A program made the translations under genes and the position numbers. A stretch of 64,000 nucleotides of DNA, from the NCBI GenBank assembly GCA_964202905.1, contig CAXNJO010000015.1, positions 20,434 through 84,433 of the forward strand, given 5' to 3'. The notes beneath the pieces were generated by a model. It worked only from the letters and a program-made list of their open reading frames with translations. It made no database searches and was not told where the DNA came from. Numbering within the stretch: the stretch's first letter is position 1; each line of letters starts with the position of its first letter. Source of the stretch: Polyangiales bacterium. Lineage in GTDB: Bacteria; Myxococcota_A; Polyangia; Polyangiales; JADJQN01. Below are positions 59,511-64,000 of the stretch, in pieces.

Positions 59511-59587
59511 CCCCGGTTCCATCCCCGGGGTACCTCGGATGCCGTGGGCTGAGGCAAGGCTGCGGCCGTCAGCGTAGGCGACCAGCC

Positions 59588-60124
59588 TCACCTCACAACG
59601 GCCGGCATCGCCTCCCCGAACAGGAGCGTGAGCAGGTCCGTCATTCCGCCGATGACGGGCTTGAACTCGCTCCTCAAGACCTTGCGGATATTGGGCCGCT
59701 CGCTCTTCACCCCGTCGGCGTTGGCCTTCGCGTGCTTCGCGACCTTGTGCTTGTTGATGATGGGCAGCTTCTCATTGGGCCCGCCGCCGAAGAACGAGTA
59801 GGAGAGCTCGATGCGGCCCAGGTCCGGGAGCTCCTTCATCTTCACCCAGACCACGCACCCAGCCGGCTTCTCAGCCAGCCGCATGTTGACCTTCTGATAC
59901 CCGGCCTTGGCAGTGTCAGTGGACGACTTCAGCTGGACATGCCGAACGACATCCATGCACCCCAGCACGAGGTCGTATCCGTGGATGTCGGCCTCGCATC
60001 GCAGGACCTCGATCATGAGGTGTCCGTGCAGCCAGGCGGTCTGCATGAGGTCGGCCATGAAGAGGTGCTCGACGAGGTGCTCGCGGTAGGTCGAGTGCTC
60101 GAAGTTGTGGCTGTCGCTGGGCAT
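59588..60124 (-). CDS. Hypothetical protein, possible PD-(D/E)XK fold
   Basis: GYDLVL...RHVQLKS; Lys-rich, lower GC. Confidence 0.6.
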   Translation of the reverse strand: MPSDSHNFEHSTYREHLVEHLFMADLMQTAWLHGHLMIEVLRCEADIHGYDLVLGCMDVVRHVQLKSSTDTAKAGYQKVNMRLAEKPAGCVVWVKMKELPDLGRIELSYSFFGGGPNEKLPIINKHKVAKHAKANADGVKSERPNIRKVLRSEFKPVIGGMTDLLTLLFGEAMPAVVR

Positions 60125-60229
60125 GGCAGGTCTCCACCAAGAGTCACCGAAGACTAATGCGCCCCTGCCTCGACCGCGGAATGGTTGAAGAAGACCACGA
60201 CAGGCCCGAGAGGGACCGCCTGCGGTCTG

Positions 60230-60496
60230 TCACTTCGGCTGATCTGGCTTCTTGCGAAGCAGAAGCGAGAGCCCCAATCCTATGACACCACCGACAACGA
60301 AACCACCGGTGCACTTTGCGAATGTCGTCGAATGGAGCACCGTCGAGGCGGGCATGCTGTTGCCCTGAGAAGCGCCCTCCCAGAACATCCGCCAACCGGC
60401 CTCTTCAATGGGTTCAAGGAAGAGTGCGCGGACGATCAGCACGCCCAGGACTGCGCCGACGAAGAAGAGAACTGCTCTTGCACCGCTGTGATTCAT
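60230..60496 (-). CDS. Small membrane protein
   Basis: two hydrophobic helices, basic tail. Confidence 0.55.
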   Translation of the reverse strand: MNHSGARAVLFFVGAVLGVLIVRALFLEPIEEAGWRMFWEGASQGNSMPASTVLHSTTFAKCTGGFVVGGVIGLGLSLLLRKKPDQPK

Positions 60497-60583
60497 GGAG
60501 GCATCTTTCTGGTGAGCGCACGAGGGCTGCCGGAGCAGCGATGAAAGAGTGGGATGCGGCCGCTGGCGCAGCTGCGCTGGAGG

Positions 60584-61239
60584 TCATGGACTCGGAGCAG
60601 GTCGGCTCGTGCTGACCCGCACCCCGCGGTCGATGACTGCAACGGAGCGGACGAGGTCTGCCGTGCGCCAAGTGAACACGCGTACCCCCTCGACAACAGT
60701 CACGTCGGGCTCACCGAGTCGAGCGCGACCACGTTGGACAATATCCTGGACGTCGGCACCCTCGTAGTAGGCCTCCACTCGCGTGATGACGCTGTCTCCG
60801 TCGATGACAAAGCTGTAGAGCAGGCCGCCGCTCACGCGGCACATGCGGATGTGCGTCCGTGGGTCCGCCTGCGTGATGCCGCCCTGGGACTCGCAGATCA
60901 TGGCAGCCTCGCGGAGGGTTCCCCCGACCTCGGGAACACGCGGTGCGGTGCGGACGTTTGCCACGGCTCGCCGGTTCTCGTCCCGACGGGCGGTGTTGTG
61001 AAGGAGGCGGGTGTCGTAACGGTCCTCGCGGTGACGCTGGTCTGCTCGACCTTCGGAACGAGCTTGGTCACATCGCAGGGCTTCTACGGAACGGGTCGTG
61101 GAATCCATGCTGCGCGATGCCAGCGCGGCGTAGCATTGGTCGCTCGCGCTCATGCCTCCACCGCAGGCACTGCCGGGAAGAAGAGCTGCGAGCGCGACGA
61201 CCACCAAGCTGCCAACGACGATCGCCTGATTGTTCATGA
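60584..61239 (-). CDS. Hypothetical exported protein or lipoprotein
   Basis: MNNQAIVVGSLVVVALAALLPGSAC signal; AAGGAG upstream. Confidence 0.55.
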
Positions 61240-61350
61240 TGCGCTCCTTCGAGGCGAGAGACGTCAATACCGTCGCCGACGTACGCGGCTGTGGAACCGG
61301 TCTGCGTGCCCGAGACTCTCCCAACTACCGCATCTCGGGATGCAGTGGAG

Positions 61351-63133
61351 CGCGTAGGCCATCCGAACGCCCTCCGCGCCGCGTCTCCATGTGGCAGTCC
61401 CCGCTCCATGCACCGGTGAACCCTACGCGAGGGTGCTCCGAAGCACAATCTCGGCGTCGATGCGGGTCCTCTGGACGGTCTTCGGCGACGCGGGAGCCCT
61501 CGCTTTCGGCCGCCTTTCACGCGCTAGGCGCACGTCTCCCTTGCCGCGCTCTGCGCAGCCGCTCAGGTCGTCGAGCTCACTTGAAGACAAGGCGCAGCTG
61601 CCCGTGCGGGGACACCGGCAGCTCGGCGATGGGTGGCGCTCTCGGCGGCGCTCTCGCGTAGCCGCGCTCGCCGAGCACGCGCGACACGTCGTCGGGCTTC
61701 TTGGCGATCTCGACGATCCGTAACCGGCCGCTGCATTTCTGGCACTTCAGCACGTCCACCGCGAACACGCGCTGAAGCAGCCACGGCCATGGGTGCCTCG
61801 ACGGCTCGGCTGTCTTCTTCGAGGCGCTCTTCGCGGACGTCGTCGGCTCGTCCGCCTCGTCGAACAGCGGGAGCTGCTTCGGCGACTCAGGCGGTGCGGC
61901 GGCCTTCTTCGGGACCACCTCGGCACGGAGCGACGAGTGCCCCGCGAGCACGCCGAGGTAGCGCATCAAATGGAACCGCGGAGGCGGCACCAGCGCGCAC
62001 AACCGCGCGATGAAGTCCTCGGGCGACAGCACCACGCCGTGTGTCCCATCGCGCCACGCCTTCTTGAACCGGTACACGACCTGCCCGTCGTCGCGCAGCG
62101 AGAGCCGGTCGAGCGCCAGCGGAGGCCGCGCCATGTAGCGCAGAACGTGCTCGAGTCGCTGCCGATCACGGCCGTCGATCGCCACCTCCGCGTGCACGTT
62201 CACGCCGCCATATTCTGCGAGCGCGCGCGCCTCTTGGCGCACCGCGCGCACAGGCTGCACGAGCTTCAGCGTCCTTTGCCCCGCGCTCTCGCCGAGGAGC
62301 TGCACGTCGCCGGCAGACGCCGCGTAGCAGGACGCCAGCACCGGCTGATCGTGCGTCAGCTCCGCGGGCTCATCGCCGAGGCCGTCGAGCGTGCGACCGT
62401 GCGCGAGCAGCACCTTCTGGATCCGCGCGTGCGTCCACCGCGCGACCTGCTCGACCTCCGCGAACGTCGGCATGCCGAGCGCGTGGAACGCGAGCGCGCC
62501 GCTCGAAGCGCGCAGGTAGACGCCATCGAGAAACAGCGAGTGGGCGTGGACATTGAGCCTCAACGCCGAGTCCGAGCGCTGCACGAACGTCACCGCGCCG
62601 ACGTGAGCGTCGTCCACGCTCGGCAGCCCCAGACGCGCCTTCGCGCGGTGCCGGAGCGAGCGCGACACCGCGCCCGTGAACGCCGTCATCACCTCTGCGC
62701 AGAGCGTCCGGTCATAGCCGAGCAGCACGCGCAATCGCCACGGGAGCGAGCACACCCACTGCCGCGCCGGCACCTCGGGGAACACGTCGTCCACGAGGTG
62801 CGCGGCGGCGTCGTTCATTCGGCGGGCGACGCACGACGGGCAGAATCCCCTGCGCTTACACGAGAACGCGACGACGAGATCCTCGCCGCACACCCCGCAG
62901 CGCAAGTGAATCAGGCCATGCTCGAGCAATCCGCAGCGTAGATACTCGTCCAGCTCCCGCACCACGAACCGCGGCAGCCCGCCCGCCTCCTCCGCGCGCT
63001 CGAGGAACGCAGGCCAATGCGCGCGCACCACGCGGTGTAGTTCCGTCTCCTCGGGACGCCGCCGCGCATAGCCGTCGGCGCGAGGAGCGTGAGCAAGAGC
63101 GGCACGTGCAGTGCCAACGGCAACGGCGGACAC
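61351..63133 (-). mobile_element. IS91/ISCR-like rolling-circle element, transposase 61577..63133
   Basis: zinc-binding CGVC...FSCKRRGFCPSC, HUH motif NVHAH, RYMARPP, RYLGVL; oriIS-like GGGCGTTCGGATGGCCTAC at 61354-61372. Confidence 0.88.
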
Positions 63134-63493
63134 TGCCGCTCATCGGCCGATCCCCGCGACAAGTGCGTGCCCATGCCCGACCTCAGCCGCGCAGCGCGCT
63201 CCCCCTCATCGCCTCAAACAGCGGAGGGCGGGTGACGAGCGGAGTACCCGTGCGCTCGATGAGCGACGCCTGCCCAGCGCATTCCGACATCGGGGGGACG
63301 AGCGGCGCGCTCGTGTTCGGCAGCTCGCGCAGCAGGCGCGCGACGAGCCGACCCATGCTGTCGAGGCCGGAGAGCATGAAGACGGTGGGCGACACAGGAG
63401 CAAAGGTCGCTCGCGCCACGGTCACGACGACGCGACTCGCATCGAGGCACGCCGCGGCCTCGCCCTCCGCAGGCTGCGAATCACGGCACCCTC

Positions 63494-64000
63494 TGTGCCA
63501 ACGTCGCGTGAGACAGTCCTGCGCTCGATATCTCTGTAGTGATGGGCGGAGAATGGTTCACCGAGAATGCCCAAGCGTGCCCCAGTTCCTCGTCCTGAAA
63601 GTCTCATCAAAGAGCGTGAGCTCGGCGCGAGCGGAGCATCGCTGGAGAGCGTGCCGCCCACAACGCGGCGACGGTTCTCGGCGTCGGAGAAGTTGCGTCT
63701 TGTGAAGGCCGCAGAGGCCGCGGTCGTCAGCGGCGAGCGAGGTGCGCTGGCTGCCCTGTTGCGCAAGGAAGGCATCTACAGCTCGCACCTGACCGCGTGG
63801 CGCACGCAGCTCGGGGTTCGTGGTATCGCGGGCCTCGCGGCGCAGAAGCCTGGTCGCAAGCCCAAGCTCGACGCGAAGGACCGGCAGCTGCTCGCGGTCA
63901 CCAAGGAGCTCGCACGGACGCAGCGCAAGCTGCTCGTCGCGCACGCGCTCATCGACCTCCAAAAAAAAGCGCACGAGATACTGGGAATCGCACTGCCCGA
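63494..64000 (+). mobile_element. IS3-family-like element left end, OrfA from 63567, runs off window
   Basis: RRRFSASEKLRLV...LLRKEGIYSSHLTAWR...IDLQKK (translated by hand, absent from the ORF track); left end approximate. Confidence 0.8.

Noticed and set aside
59511..61350. Integron cassette array
   Set aside because: No attC-like RYYYAAC/GTTRRRY boundaries or integrase seen
63183..63450. Small minus-strand ORF upstream of the IS91-like transposase
   Set aside because: No clear start, RBS or motif; may be a fragment cut by the IS3-like element
63955..63972. A8 run as the IS3 -1 frameshift site
   Set aside because: OrfA stays in frame through it (LQKKA) and OrfB is outside the window, so it cannot be assessed

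Overview
Very GC-rich bacterial DNA whose gene content (myxobacterial-type PUFA synthase, FG-GAP/EGF lipoproteins, Uma2, RRM protein) suggests a myxobacterium; this is inferred, not proven. Left to right: 3' end of a pfa3-like PUFA synthase plus PPTase; miscellaneous genes; a WYL regulator divergent from a PcfJ-like/metallophosphoesterase pair bracketed by two copies of a 23-bp palindrome; a SWIM-MoxR-vWA/metallopeptidase operon divergent from a tandem-AAA-recC-recB-recD-sbcD-sbcC cluster near tRNA-Arg(CCG); an isc operon led by a Cys-rich MerR regulator rather than IscR; comEC; an orphan fusA; and an IS-rich end (IS66 remnant, IS4, IS91-like, IS3). Many genes carry single-base frameshifts that look like uncorrected sequencing indels. 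Best candidates for undescribed systems: the WYL/palindrome module, the AAA-RecBCD-SbcCD/SWIM-MoxR-vWA locus and the MerR-isc arrangement. All calls come from motif recognition by eye; no searches were run.
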